Below, piece by piece: positions 15,517-28,427 of a DNA stretch of 49,151 bases. Every line of letters begins with the position of its first letter. Positions within the stretch are counted from its first letter, which is position 1. The position numbers and the translations under genes were made by a program. This stretch comes from Scenedesmus sp. PABB004. Its lineage: Eukaryota. The notes under the pieces were generated by a model. The model made no database searches. It was given only the letters and a program-made list of their open reading frames with translations, and was not told where the DNA came from. The stretch is taken from NCBI GenBank assembly GCA_014905635.1, contig JABVCE010000039.1:186001-235151 (forward strand). The letters are read 5' to 3'.

Positions 15517-17315
15517 CTAGACCGTGGCCGCGCCCCCGGAGCTGGCCGGGCCCCCGGTGTTGCTGACGTTTGGCGACCACCCCGCGTCCCCGCCCTGCGC
15601 GGCAGACGTGTACGCCGTGGCCTGCCCCGCCTGCTCCTGCGCGGCGCCGGCCGCGGCGACGGCCGCCACAGCCTGCCCCAGGGGGGGCGCGGATGGCAGG
15701 TACGGCGCCACGTGCGCGAAGAGCCGCGCCACCTGGCTCCAGGTGAGGGCGCCATAGAGCATGAAGTGCAGCACGCCGCGCAGCATGTTTGACTTGCGCC
15801 ACAGCGCCGCCACGCGGTCGACCTTGGCGCTGTCCGACGTCGTGCGCTCCAGGTGCTGCAGCATGCTGCTGCGCGCGCTGGTGTCGTCGCCGGCCGCCAG
15901 CTGCGTCTGCAGCTCGCGCACCTGCAGGCGGCGGCAGCGGTGACAGCGCGCGAGGGTGAGAGGGGGCGCGCTCACAGCGCCCGCTGTGAGCAGAGCCGCC
16001 CGCCGGTCCGCTCGCCAGCCCGCCCGCCCGCAGCGCACCTGCTCCAGCAGCGGCGCGTGCAGGCGGTTGAACGCAGCCAGCCCAGCCAGCATGTCGGCGA
16101 CCTGGTCGGGGCTCAGGCGCAGCAGCCGCACGACTGCCATGAAGTGCGCGAGGTTGTGCTCTGTGGCCAGCTCGCCCGTCGCGCGGTTGGTCAGGGCGGC
16201 CTGCATGATCAGGACGGGCCGGCGAGCCAGCCCGAGGCTGAGCATCAGGTTCAGGCCGGTGCACAGCGCGGCCTTGATGCGCGCAACCGGCGGCGGCTGG
16301 CCGGGCGCGGTGCACGCGTAGCCCGCGCCGCCCGCGGCGGCGCCGTCCAGTGCCAGCATGCAGGCGGTCATCTCGCGCTCGACCCCGCCCATGGTGGCGA
16401 GCACCTCCTCAAAGCTCACCGTGTCTGCCTGAGGGAAGCGCGGCTGCGGGCGGCGGGCGGCGCTTCGGCCACACGCGTTGGCCACGCGCTGAGCTGCGCG
16501 CCGTGCCCAGCCGCGGCTGGGTTGGGGCCCCGCCGGCGACCCCGCCGGCCGCCGCACCTGCATGATCGTCCACCGAAACAACAAAAAAGGGTCGTGCCGC
16601 GGCGCGATGCGGTCGTCTGCCGCCGCGTCCGGCGCGTACTCGCTGCCGGGCGCGCACGCGGCGCCGCCGGGCGCGCAGGCGCTGCCGTGCCCTGCCGGCG
16701 CCCCCGGCGGCGCCGTGCTGTACGGCAGCCGCACCAGCTGCTCCAGCAGCGACACCTCGCCCTCGCTGGGGGCGGGCGCCGCACAGCCGCTGCCGCCGCT
16801 GACGCCCCCGCCGCTCCAGGCGCCGCTGCCGCTGCCGCTGCCGTCGCCGCTGCAGCAGCTGCCGCTGCGCGCGAGCTCGAGGCACGACTCCCCGCCGGCG
16901 CTGTCGCCATCGCCGCTCTGCTGCTGCCGTGACGCCGCTATGTACTCCAACGCCCACTGCAGCGCGTCGCAGTAGCCGACCAGCAGGTCGTGCTGCGGGC
17001 GGCGGCGGCAGCAGCGGCAGTGGCGGCAGCGGTCGCCGTCTGGCGGCGCGCGCGCCGGGCTGCTGGCGCCCGCTGCGCAGGGCCGCAGGGGCGCGCCCTC
17101 GCGGCACAGCACGGCCCAGCAGCACCAGGCGGGCGCCCGCTGCCCCGGCGCACCTCATGTCTGCTGGCGGCGTGCTGCTGCTGCGCGACTTGGAGCTGCT
17201 CGAGCTTGCTGGCCAGGTCGCGGGTCAGGCCGTCAATCTCAGCCGTCAGACCCTTGCGCCGGGCGCTTTTCGAGGAGCCAGCACCGGCCCTAACCTTCAC
17301 GCGCCGGCGCGGCAT
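15517..17315 (-). CDS. bZIP/DOG1-like algal protein, copy 2 (introns 16993-17153, 16444-16557, 15922-16038)
   Basis: N-terminus MPRRRVKVRAG..KSARRKGLTAEIDGLTRDLASKLEQLQ (basic region plus Leu heptads); the remainder is homologous to 135-1351 at DNA and protein level. Two introns are in-frame and were inferred from paralog alignment plus splice signals. Confidence 0.7.
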
Positions 17316-17742
17316 GCTCGCCGAGGCCACGGGATGCAGCCCGGCCCCCCACGCCCTGCAGCACGGCGGGTGCGGCCCTAGCGACGCGCCAGACGCTGCA
17401 TGGTGGTCGAATGAGTGACTGGCGGGCGGGCGGGCGTCGACGGCGCGCCACACGGGCGGCGAGAGCCTCGCGGGTTCGCCCCCGCCGCACCCGGCCGGGG
17501 TTCGCCCTCCCCCCCGTCGGTCCGCCCACCGATCGGCCAGAGAGGTATTCTGGCTGGCGGCGGTCGGGCGATCCGCGCCGTGCGCGTCGGTCAGCCGGCG
17601 TCACCGGGGCGGCGCGCGCGCGGCCGCCGCCCGGCCGCGCGCCCGCGCACCGCCGCTGCCTGCAGCCCCCTGCTGCGCCGGGCGCGGGGCACCTGCACAG
17701 CCGCCTCGACTTGCTCCCACCAGCACACGCGCAGGCCGGCGG

Positions 17743-17825
17743 CGCCGCCCGCCCGGCGCCGCCAGGCGCGAGGCTGAAGCCCGCGCCGGCCGCCCGCGCG
17801 GCCAGCAGCTGCTGCGTCAGCCGCG
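17743..17825 (-). repeat. Dispersed copy of the aminotransferase 5' coding (presequence) segment
   Basis: Near-identical to about 14754-14836 (CCGGCGCCGCCAGGCGCGAGGCTGAAGCCCGCGCC.GCCGCCCGCGCGGCCAGCAGCTGCTGCGTCAG). Confidence 0.85.
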
Positions 17826-18468
17826 CGGCTGACGCACGCGACGCGCGCGTCGCGCGGCTGGTGGACGGGAGCTCGCTGCTGCGCGGTCGGGCAGATGCGC
17901 TGCCTTACTTGCCGGCAGGGCCGACTGTCTGCGCACGCGGCACGGGCGAATGCCGCCAGGGCCGCCGCAGCGCGCTGCAGAGGGCGCCACGTGGCCGGGC
18001 GCCACGCACACACACTCCCTCGGCCCCCCGAGCACACGCCGCTCTCGCTCCCACCCGGGCCAGCAGCGTGTTGTGTGTGTACAAGGGGCCTGCCCCGCCG
18101 CGCGCGCGCGTGCGGCGGTGGCCTGCAGCCATGCAGCCGCGCGCGCGCCAGCCAGCCGTGCGCGCGGCGCGGCCCACCACCCATGCTGCGCTGCCTTGCC
18201 CCCGACGCGCAGCCCAAGCCAAGTTCAGCACGCACGCGCACAGATGTACAGCAATTCAAGACACCAGATCAGCACCCTACAGCTTTGCGGCGGCGCGCCG
18301 CGGCTCGCCGGCGGCCTCGACCGAGGCGGCCGGGACGGAGCTCGCGCGCGCGCGCGCACGCGCACCCAGTGGCAGGGAGGCCGGCCAGGCAGCCGGCGAG
18401 CGCAGTCGTCGACAGAGTGCGAGCGTCGGGCGGGCGACGCGGGGAGCCCGCGGCGCTTGGGCGGCCGC

Positions 18469-21381
18469 TCAGACCTTGCCCGCGGGCACGGCGACCGAGT
18501 TGGCGCTGTCCGTCACGGCCACGCCCGGCGGCGGCGCGCCGGCGCTGCCGGCGCGCCCCCAGCCGCGCTGGCTGCGCGACTCGTACGCAAACTTGAGGCT
18601 CGCGCTGTGCAGGCCCTCCGCGCGCTCCGCGGGCGACCACTCGGCGAGGTAGTAGTCCTCCTCCACCACGCCCTCCTTGGCCTTGGCAAAGCACCCGCCC
18701 CTGACGGTGACGCGGCGGGGAAGGGAGAGGGGAGGGGGTGAGAGGTCGCGGGCCGCGGCGTGGGCGCGCGCGGGCGCGCCGCGCGTACGCGGTGCCGCGC
18801 GCTGCGCCTCCGGCCCCGGGCGGTGCCCCCCGCACGCACCACATGGGGAAGTACATTGTGAGGTAGAGTGCCGTGATGGCCATGGTCATGACGCCCATGT
18901 AGAGGAAGCCCTCGGGCACGCTGCGCTGCGTGTAGGCTGCGCGCGGGAGGGAGGAGGGGCGGGGCGGAGAGGCGGGGAGGGAGGGCGCGTGTGAGCGCGT
19001 GTGGGGGCGCGCGGGGCGCGGGGCGGGGCGCGGCGCAGCAGGGGCGCGGTGCGCGGCGCAGTGCACGGGGCGGTGCGGCGGCGGGGCTCACTGAAGAAGA
19101 TGGCCTGCGTGACGGCGCCGCCGACGTTGCCGCCGGAGCCGACAAAGCCCGAGACGAGCCCGGTGGAGCGCTTGCTGATGAAGGGCACGATGCCAAAGCT
19201 CAGGCCGCAGCTCTGCTGGCAGAAGATGCTGAAGATGACGAGGATGGCCATCGTGGCGCCGAGGCTGTGGCTGGTGAGGCCCATGAGGAGGCAGAAGAGG
19301 CCGCCGAGCGTCTGGATGATCCACATCGCCCACAGCCGCCCGCGCATGCCCCAGCGCTTGGCGACGAGGTCGCTGATCCACCCGCCGCTGGGGCGGCTGA
19401 ACAGGTTCATCATGCCTGCGCGCCGCGGGCGGGAGGGCGAGGGGTCAGGGCGAGGGGGGCGTGCGGGCCGAGGGCGGCGCGGCGGCGGCGGCGGCGGCGC
19501 GGCGGCGCCGCGGCGCAGCAGCAGCGGCGCGCACCGAAGATGGCTGCGAGCAGGCCTGCGATGTGGAGGTCGAGGTGGAACTGGTCGTACATGTACTGGG
19601 GCAGCACGTTGTCGACCGTCAGCTCCACGCCAAAGCAGTAGCCGTACGTCAGCGTCATCTGGGGGCGGGCGGGCGAGCGTGTGTGTGTGGGAGGGGGGGG
19701 GATGTGAGGGCGGCGGCGAGCGCGAGCGCGGGGCGCAGCGAGCAGCGGGGCGGCCGGGCGGGCGGCGGCCGGGCGGGGCGCCACGCACCACCCAGGTGCG
19801 GTAGTTGGTGATCGCCGCCTTCCAGGTGCCCCACGCGCTGCCGCGCTTCATCGCGCCGCTGCGGTCGACAGACACAGGCGGGCGGGCGGGGCGGGGCGCG
19901 GCGGCGTCGGCGGCGGGCGCGGGGGCGCCGTTCGCGCGCGCGCGCGCGGGGCCCTCCGCCCAGCGGCCCAGCGCCCCCAGCCAGGCCCCCGCGGCGCGGC
20001 AGCGGCGCACGTCTTCTTGAGCGCGGCGTAGTTGCCGTCGGGCAGGTCCTGGGCGAGGAGCATGGTGCAGATGGTCAGCAGGACCTGGAAGCTCGCGGGG
20101 ACGAAGAACGCCCAGCGCCACGCCTGGAAGCCGGGGCTGCCGCTGTTCTTGATGCCGTCAAACACGAGGGGCATGAGGAAGTGCGTGAACCCGCCGCCCA
20201 TGTTGCCCTGCGGGAGGAGCAAGGGAGGGGGGGGGGGGGTCGGTGAGCCGCGCGCAGGGGGCGCGAGACGGCGCGGGGCCCGCGCGCGCGCGCACGCGCG
20301 GGGGACGGCGCGGCGGAGCAGGGCGCGCGCGCGCGCGCGGCGCGGCGCGGCGGCGCACCCAGCCGGCGGCGAGCGCGTTGGCCGTGCCGACGACCTTGGT
20401 GTTGAACATGCTGGTGCACCAGAACTGGCACGCCACAAACGTGGCGAGCGAGAACCTGCGCGGCGCCGGGCGGGGGCGCGCGTCGGCGCGGCGGCGCGGG
20501 CGGCGCCCGCGCGGCGTGTGTGTCGGCGCGGGCGGCGCGCGCACCCGATGAAGAGGCGGGAGATGATGAAGCCCGCGGCGTTGGTGCAGAGGGCGATGCA
20601 GTAGACGGCGGGCGCGGTGAGGCCGATGCAGAGGCCGATGCCAAAGCGGGGGCCGTACACGTCGACAAAGTTGCCCATCGCCACGCGCGCCGCGATCGCG
20701 CCGCAGACCGCCGCGATGCCGGCGTTGCCGAGGTCGGTCTTGGTGAGGTCGATGTTGTCACGGATGACCGGCAGCAGCGCGGCGGGCGCAAACGTGCTTA
20801 CAAACGCTGCGGGCCGCGGGGGCGGGCGCGGGCGCGGCGGCGGGCCGGTGGGCGCCGGCGCCGGCGTGCGCAGCGGCGCGCGGCTCCGGGCTGCGGCTGG
20901 CTGGGGCTGGCTGGGGCTGGCCCTGGCCCTGGCTGCGCCGCCGCGGCGCGGCGCGCGCCCAGCGGCGGCGGTGGCCCCCTCGCCGCGCCAGGGGCCGCCG
21001 CCGCCGGCGCGCGTGGGCGCCGGGCGCTGCTGCCGCTGCCCGGAGAGGTCGCCTGAGCTGCCCCCGCGCCGGTGCGGCGCTGAGCGGGGCAGGGCGGGCT
21101 CGCCGCGCGCAGCAGGGCGCACCCGCAAAGAACGCGAGCCAGCTGAAGTGGAATGCGGACATGTGGGGGCGGTTGAAGTACCTGGGCGCGGCGGGCGGCG
21201 CGTGAGCCGGGCGCTCGCGGCGCGCGGCGCGCGCGCTCGCAGCCGTCGCGCCGGGTGGGGCGCGGGATGGCGCGCACCAGGGCCGCATGACCGTGGCCTT
21301 GTGCTCCGTGTCCACGGGCAGCGAGAAGGTGGAGAAGTCGTCGGCCATCTTGCCAACGACCTGCTCGGCCGCGACGCCCAT
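18469..21381 (-). CDS. NRT2: High-affinity nitrate transporter (NNP/NRT2 family, MFS); multi-exon
   Basis: [40 protein letters not shown], nitrate signature [61 protein letters not shown]. Confidence 0.96.
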
Positions 21382-21902
21382 GCCTGCGCGCGTGCTGCCG
21401 GCGGGCGGGGGGCGGGCTGCTGCTGCTGCTGCTGCTGCGCTGCGGGGGCGTGGGGCGCGGCGAACACGGGCGCGGCGGCGGCGGGCAGCTCTGGGCGACG
21501 GGTGGGGCGGCGGGGGATCAAGTGCGCGCGGCGCGGGCGGCCGGCCCAGGTGGCCCCATGTGGCCCAGTACAGGGTCCAGGGGCCGGGCCGCGAGCGGCG
21601 CACCCGCGCGCGCCCGCGCGGCAGCGCGTCGCCACGGTGGGCGGTTGGGGTGCGCAAAGAGCGGCGCTGGGCGGCGGCGAGAGGGCCGTGGGAGGCTGCC
21701 GGCGAGGTCAATGGCCGGGTGTCACACCCGAGTGCCCAGCGCCGCCAGCGCCGCGCCGGGCCCGGGGCCGCTGCAGTGAGCGGCAAACTACGCACGCGGT
21801 GCGTTTGAGCCGGCAGCGGCCGCGTGGGCCGGCGCCGGCGTCAGCGCGGGCGCGCGCCGCCGGCGGGACCAGCGCGCGCCGGGTGACTCAGGCGCTCGCT
21901 CG

Positions 21903-22060
21903 TCAAACGCCCTTCAGCAGGAAGGCCAGAGCCAGGGCGGCCTCCTTGACGTCCCCCTCAAACGCACGGTGGCCGCCGGGCACCACGCGCAGCAGCAGGC
22001 GCCGCTGCTCCTCCCCGTCGCCGCCGCCGGCGTGCTGCGGGGCCGCGCCCGTTCGCTCCT

Positions 22061-22094
<34 letters not shown>

Positions 22095-24368
22095 GTACAG
22101 GCGGCGCAGGCGGGCGGTCGCCTTGACCGGATCCGCCAGGGGCACCTCGGCGTCCGCGAGCGCCGCGCGCAGCAGCAACCGCGGCAGGCCGCCCGGCGGC
22201 AGCGCCATCCACCGCCGCGCCGCCGCGGCCTGCTCCGGCGCGCCGCTCAGCAGCTGCTCCAGCAGGTCGTACGGCGCCCACGCGCGCAGGCTGGCAAACA
22301 CCGCCGCGTCCTCGCCCGCCGGCCCCAGCTCCAGCTCACCCTGCCGCTCGTCCAGCAGCAGCCCGAGCGGGTCGAGGCAGGGGACGGTGAGCACCGCGGC
22401 AGCAAACAGGCCCGGCTGCTGCAGCAGCGCCGACGCGGCCAGCCAGCCGCCGGCGGACGCGCCGCGCAGCGCCAGGCCGCCGGGGGCGCACAGGCCGGCC
22501 TGCGGGCGGCGCGGGGGAGGGCGTGCGCACGCGTGCAGCGCCTGGGCTCGCGGCGCCACGCTGGCGGCGCCTGCTCGCACACACGCCCGGCAGCAGCTCG
22601 CCCGCCGCACCTCGTGCAGCCATCGCGCGACGGCGACCAGGTCAGCCACGCCCCTGGGCTTGCCCAGGCCCCTGCCCGCCTCTGCCCACGCGCGGCCCAG
22701 CCAGCCGCCGCCGCGCACGTGCGCCACCGCGAGCAGCCAGCCGGCGTCCAGCAGCTGCAGCGCCTCTGCATCAAACGCAACAGACTCGCGGATGCCGTAG
22801 CTGCCATAGCAGGCCAGCAGCACCCGGGCGCCCCGGGCCGCCGCCGCCGGCTCGCCGGCGCAGCGGCGCGGTGCCGCCCCGGGCGCTGCGGCCGCGGGCA
22901 GCGCCTCGCCGCGCAGCCCCGGCGGCAGGCTCGCGCGCTCCACGTTCAGCGCCAGCGACACCGGCACCCGCACCGTGCTGCCAGCGCTCGGCACCGGCAC
23001 ACCCAGCTGCAGCGTGGCGTAGCGGTGCTGCTCAAAGCCCGGCGGCGACGGCTGCGCCTGCACCAGCCGGAACGCTTGCCCCGGCGCCACCGCCGCCGCC
23101 GCCGCCGCTGCAGGCTGCTGCTGCTGCTGCTCCGCAGCCAGCGCGCGCACGTCCACCGCCAGCGTGCTGCGCGGCCGCACCGGCGAGCTGAGCTCCAGCA
23201 GCAGCTCCCCACGCGCCGGGCACCAGCTGCCGGCGTGCAGCTTGCACGAGGCGTCCGGCAGCGGCAGCTCGCACGCGGCCAGCTCTTGCAGGCGCGGCCG
23301 CTGATCCGAGCCGCCCGGCAGCTGCAGTCGGTACAGCGCCGCTGTGAGCACCTGCCGGCAGGCCGCCAGCGCCGCGGCGGGCGCCTGCGCGCCCTGCTGC
23401 TGCAGGGGGCGCGCCTGCTGCGCGCTGCTCAGGACCAGGAGCTCCGCCGCCAGCGTGGCTCCGCTGCCGCCGCCGCCGTCACCGGCGCCGTCGCTGCCGC
23501 CGTCGGCTTTGGCGCTGGTGCCGCCGTCAGCCGCGGTGTCGCAGACAAAGACCGCCTCGAGCGTGGCGTCCGGCCGCGGCGCGAGCAGCTGCTGCCAGCG
23601 CAGCGGCTGCCGCCCGAGCCGCGCCAGCAGCAGCTGGCCCTGCGGGACGACGGCGCAGGTGCGGCGCAGCAGCAGCCAGCCGCGGTGCTCCACCACCGCC
23701 AGCCGCGCCGTGGGGTCGTCGTCGCCCGCGGCAGCCACCGCTGCGGCGGCGGCCGCCGCCGCCGCTGCCAAGCTTGGCGCGCCGCCTGCGCTGCTGCCGC
23801 TGGCGCTGCCCGGCGCGGGCAAGCCGGCGGCAGCCGCCGCCGCCGCGGCAGCCGCTCCGGTGCTGTCGGGCGAGGCGGCCAGCAGCGCGGCCACGTCGGC
23901 CGCCGGCAGCAGCGGCTGCCACGCGCCTGGCTCGTCCGGCGCCGCCCCGCCGCCGCTGTGCCACAGCACCTGGCGGTCGAGGCCGTCCGCGCCCTGCAGC
24001 CTGATGAGCGCGTGGCCGCCGGCGTCCGCGAGCTCGAGGGCCACGTGGTGGGGGTCAGCGCACACCAGCGTGGGCCTCGCGGCCGCCGCCGCGCCGCCGC
24101 TGCGCACCGCCAGGCAGCGCACCTGCCGGCGGTCGCCCGCGACGTACAGCAGGTGCGCCGCGCGCGGCGCGCCGTCGCGCTCCGCGGGCGGCCCCGCCGC
24201 CCAGGCCAGCGGCCCGTCGACGCCGTCGACCGGCTGCACCACCGCCGCGCCCGTGCGGCAGTCCAGCACCGCCAGGCGGCGGCCGCCGCTGCCGCCGCCA
24301 AACGTGACCGCCAGGAGATCGCCGCACGGCGACGGCGCCAGGCTGTGCGGCCGGCCCCGCAGCGGCGC

Positions 24369-24424
<56 letters not shown>

Positions 24425-25180
24425 GCCGCGCCGCCTCGCTCCACAGCACGACCGCGCCCGCCGGCAGCGCCGCGGCGGCCGGCGCCGCGGCAGGCCAGGC
24501 CGCGCCGGCGGGCGCCGCGCAGTGCAGCAGCAGCGGCCTGGCTGCGGCGTCGGTCCCGCCGCCGCCGGCGCCCAGCGGCGGCGGCGCTGCGCGCACCGAG
24601 AAGAGGCGGCGGCCGCCGACGACGGTGCCCGGCCAGCCAAACTCCCGGCACGGCTGCGGCTGGTCGAGCCACGCGATGCCGCCCAGGCTGTCCGCCCGCA
24701 CGGCGGCGAGGTGCTGCGCCTGCGCCTGGCGCGCCACCTGCGCCTGCTGCCACGCCGCCAGCGCCTGCTGCAGCTCCAGCTGCAGCGCCCGCGTCGCCGC
24801 GAGGCAGCCGATGGTGTGCTGGCCCTCGGCGCGGACGTGCGCGAGCACCTGCGCGGCGCGGCGCGCGTGGGCGCGGCGAGCGTGGGCGCGCCGCACCCGC
24901 GCTCGGCGGCGCGCTGCCCGCCCGCACGCACCAGCGGGTGCGTCGGCGCCAGGCCCGACAGCCAGCCGTACTCGTCGGCACGCCGCTGGCCGTGGGGGTG
25001 CGCGGGCCTCCCGCGCGGCGGCGCCGCCGCCCGCTGCTCCAGCAGCGGCGGCGGCGCAGTGCAGCCCGCCGCCGCCGCACCGCGCCGCCGCCGGGCCGCC
25101 AGCAGCGCGCCAGGCCCGGTGCACGGCCCTGCAGCGCACGGCCGCCGCCCCGGCGCCGCCGCGCAGGCGCGGCGCGGCAT
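21903..25180 (-). CDS. Prolyl oligopeptidase family S9A (oligopeptidase B-like) serine peptidase, Ala-rich insertions
   Basis: N-terminal HGQRRADEYGWL..VLAHVRAEG. Catalytic domain YGSYG, AHVRGGG, GASAGG (nucleophile Ser), VPCLD, DAEVP (Asp), GGH (His). Start at ATG 25180 is tentative. Confidence 0.8.
24371..24423 (+). repeat. (GCC)n microsatellite encoding poly-Gly in the peptidase
   Basis: Perfect CCG run visible in the sequence. Confidence 0.9.
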
Positions 25181-25618
25181 CGCGCGGACCGCGCAGCGCG
25201 GCGCACGCGCCTGCCTGCGGCGCCGCGCCGCGTGCCGCCACCGCGCCGCCGCAGGCGCCGGCCCCCCGATCGACGCCGGTCCCCACCCGCTCCCAGGGCC
25301 GCGCCGGCGCGGCGCGGTGCTGCCGGCAGCAGCAGGAGGCCAGCTTTGCGCCCCGCCGCGCTGGCCGCCCCGGGGCCGTGGCGCGGTGGTGGCAGGGCCG
25401 AACAACGAGTTTTGGCGGCTGCGAGGAGGCCTGGCGATGCGTGTTCACAGGCTGGCGGGGTTTAGGCCTCCCCGGGCCGCCGCGCGCTGCGCGACCCCCC
25501 GGCCGCCCCGCGGCCCCCTCCCTTTGCAGCTGCGTGCCCCCGGCCCGGCTGAGCCCGCGCCGTGCCGTTTCGCGCACCCGCCGGCGGGCGCATCCCTCGC
25601 CATCAGGCGCCGGCCACG

Positions 25619-26091
25619 ATGGGCGGCGAGACGCTGCGCCTCTACGTGCCGGGGCAGATTCTGGGCTACAAGCGCTCCAAGGCCAACCAGCACAACCACA
25701 CGGCGCTCATCAAGGTCGACGGCGTCGTGAGCAAGGGCGAGACGGGCTTCTACCTCGGCAAGCGCATCGCCTACATCTACAAGGCGAGCACTGAGAAGAA
25801 GGGCAGCCTCTACCGCGTGATCTGGGGCAAGTTCACCCGCGCCCACGGCAACGCCGGCGTGCTCAGGTGCGGGGGGCCGCCGCCGAGCCGCCGGCCGCCG
25901 CTGCTGCTGCCGCCGCGGCACGCGCGTGCGCGCCCCGGCCCGCCCCGCCCCGCCCCGCCCCGCCCGGCCCGCGCCTCACCCGCCTGCCCGTGCGGCCGGC
26001 GCGCGCGCGCAGGGCCAAGTTCCGCAAGAACCTGCCCCCGAAGTCGCTGGGCGGCACCGTGCGCGTGATGCTGTACCCCAGCCGCGTGTGA
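25619..26091 (+). CDS. RPL35A: 60S ribosomal protein L35a (eL33); intron 25867-26012
   Basis: [74 protein letters not shown]. Confidence 0.97.
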
Positions 26092-26200
26092 GCCCCCGCG
26101 CGCGCGCGCGCCCGCCCGCGGCGGCCTCGCGCGACGCGGACGCTGCAGCAGCAGCGCACCCGCGGCGCGGGGCCGCAGCCGGCGGCGCGCGCGCCCGCCG

Positions 26201-26205
26201 TGTAA
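26201..26205 (+). promoter_or_regulatory. Chlorophyte TGTAA polyadenylation signal for RPL35A
   Basis: TGTAA 110 nt after the stop codon, in otherwise AT-poor sequence. Confidence 0.6.
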
Positions 26206-26993
26206 CGGAGCGTAGTTGCTGTTGCGGTTGCTCGCCTGCGCGCGCCGCTGCGCGCCGCGGCGCGCCGCCCCGCGCTGGCCGGGACGTCCTCGCAGGGGCC
26301 GGGCAGGCGGCGGCGGCGGCGGCGCTGGAGCCGGCGGCGGCGGCGGGGCGGCGGCCGGCCGGGCGGCGGCTGGCGGCCTCTGCAGCGACGGCGGCCCGCA
26401 GCGGCGTGGGCGCGGCGGCAGCGGGCGGCGGCTGCAGCGGCGTGGAGCGGCGGCATCGGGCGGCGGCTGCAGCGGCAGAGGGGGGCGTCGGCCGCGGCCG
26501 CGCCGGCCACGCGCAGCGGCAGCGGGCGACGGCCAGGAGCGGGCGCAGCTGCACCAGCAAGCAGCCCCCAGCGGCGGCGCCAGCAAGTGGCAGCGGTGGC
26601 GGCGGCAGCGCTTCCCCGAAGCAGCAGCAGCGCCAGCAGTGGGCGGCTGTGCGGCACCGCCGGGCGGCGGCAGTGGCGGCCGCGCGGCAGCGGCGGGGCT
26701 CGCGGCAGCAGCCGGCGGCTCGCGGCTGTGGCGGCGCCGTCCTTGAGCAGTCCTGCCCCAGCCTCCTCCGCCGCCTGCCAGCACCTGAGCCTGAACCGCA
26801 GAGAGCAGCATGTCCAAGTCCCCCTGTCCCTGCGCCACACGGCGCGCACACGCCGCGCCAGCCCGCAGGAGGATTCACCGTCGCTTTTCCCACGCCCCCG
26901 GCCGCCGAGCGCGATCCACCGGCCAGCACACGCGCCGCAGCAGCCCGCCGCAGCCCTTTCCTCGAACTCGCGCGGCCTCTCGCGCCGCGCGTC

Positions 26994-28383
26994 ATGCGGG
27001 CGCTCCGTGCGCCCGCGCCCACGCAGCTGGTGCTGCGGCCGTGGGCGTCTCAGCGCCTGCTGGCGCCCCGCCGGCCCGGCGCGGCGCGTGCTGCGGCAGC
27101 AGCAGCAGCAGTGCCGCCGGCGGCCGCGGCCGGCCGGCCCGGCCGCCGCGCGCTGCGCTGCGCCGCCGCCAAGGTGCGCCCCCCCAAGGGCAGCGGCGGG
27201 CGCCAGGGCGGTCCCGAGCAGCAGCGCAAGGGCTTCGGCAAGGCGCGGCCGGCGAAGCCGGCGGAGCCGTGGGAGGCGGAGCTGCCGCAGACGTACCGCG
27301 TGTACTACAAGCCCGGCTTCAAGCCGCCGCGCTACGTGGGGCCCATACAGCTGAAGACCTTTGACGGTGCGGGGCGCGGGGCGGGCGCGGGCGGGCGGCG
27401 CGATCAAAGGCGTGCGGCGCGGCGCGGCGAGCGCCGCCGCGCCGCCGCGCTGCCGCGCAGACGGCTCGGTGGGCGTGGTGGCGAGCGAGGAGGTGTCGGG
27501 CGCGGAGCTGCTCGCGTGCGCGCCGCCGCTGGCGTGGCAGGCGGGCGCGCTGGGCGCGGCGCCGAGCGTGGAGGACCTGCACGCGCAGCTGCTGGAGGCC
27601 GAGCTCACGCCGGCGCAGCTCAAGGTCCTCAGCTACCTCCCCCGCAGGCCCCTGCCGGGCAGCGGCGGCCCCAGCGGCGGCGGCGGTGCCAGCGGCAGCG
27701 GCCAGCCGGCGGCGGCCGGCGAGCAGGGGCAGGCGGCGCAGCAGGCGCAGCAGCAGGCGCAGCAGCCGGCGCGGGCGGCGCCGCCGGGCGCGCCCGACCC
27801 CAACGCACAGGACGTGCCGCCGAGCTTTGCGCACCTGCTGCCCACGTTCTGGGAGCAGGTCGGGGGCTTTGGCTTTGCCAAGCTCAGCAGCCGACAGCTC
27901 ATGCGCCTGCTGCAGGCGTCCTGCTGGAGCGAGGAGGTGCAGGACCCCGCCGCCAGCCAGGTGCGCCGCGCGCCCGCAGCACCCGCGCTCGCGCCCGCGC
28001 CCGGCCTGCCGCGCAGCGCGCGCCCGGGCCGGGCAGGGCCCGGGCCGTGCGCGGGCGCGTGCTGCGGGGCGGGGCCGACCCGCGCGGCGCCGCCACCTCG
28101 CGTCGCCGCCGCCCGCTGCGCGGCAGGTGCGGCACGAGCGGCCGGTCGGCTTCATCGGCGTGTGGCCGGAGCTCGCGCTGCTGCGGCACAGCTGCGTGCC
28201 CAACGCGAGTGCGGTCGTGGTGGACCGGTACCTGCTGCTGCACGCGACCGAGGACCTGCCGGCGGGCGCAGAGGTCACCTTTAACAAGCTCGGCAGGTGG
28301 GAGCGGCCGACCCCGAGGCGCGGCGCGCGCGCGGCGGCGGAGGGGCGTGCGGTCTTGGGAGGCCCTCGACGCGTGCCGGCGCC

Positions 28384-28427
<44 letters not shown>

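Noticed and set aside
21969..25794. Very long + strand ORFs (1253 aa, 816 aa) and similar Arg/Ala/Pro-rich ORFs throughout
   Set aside because: Shadow frames of real minus-strand genes; stop codons are rare at this GC content and no motifs are recognisable.
26206..26993. Possible extra gene between RPL35A and the SET gene
   Set aside because: Open frames exist on both strands, but there is no recognisable motif or consistent exon structure.
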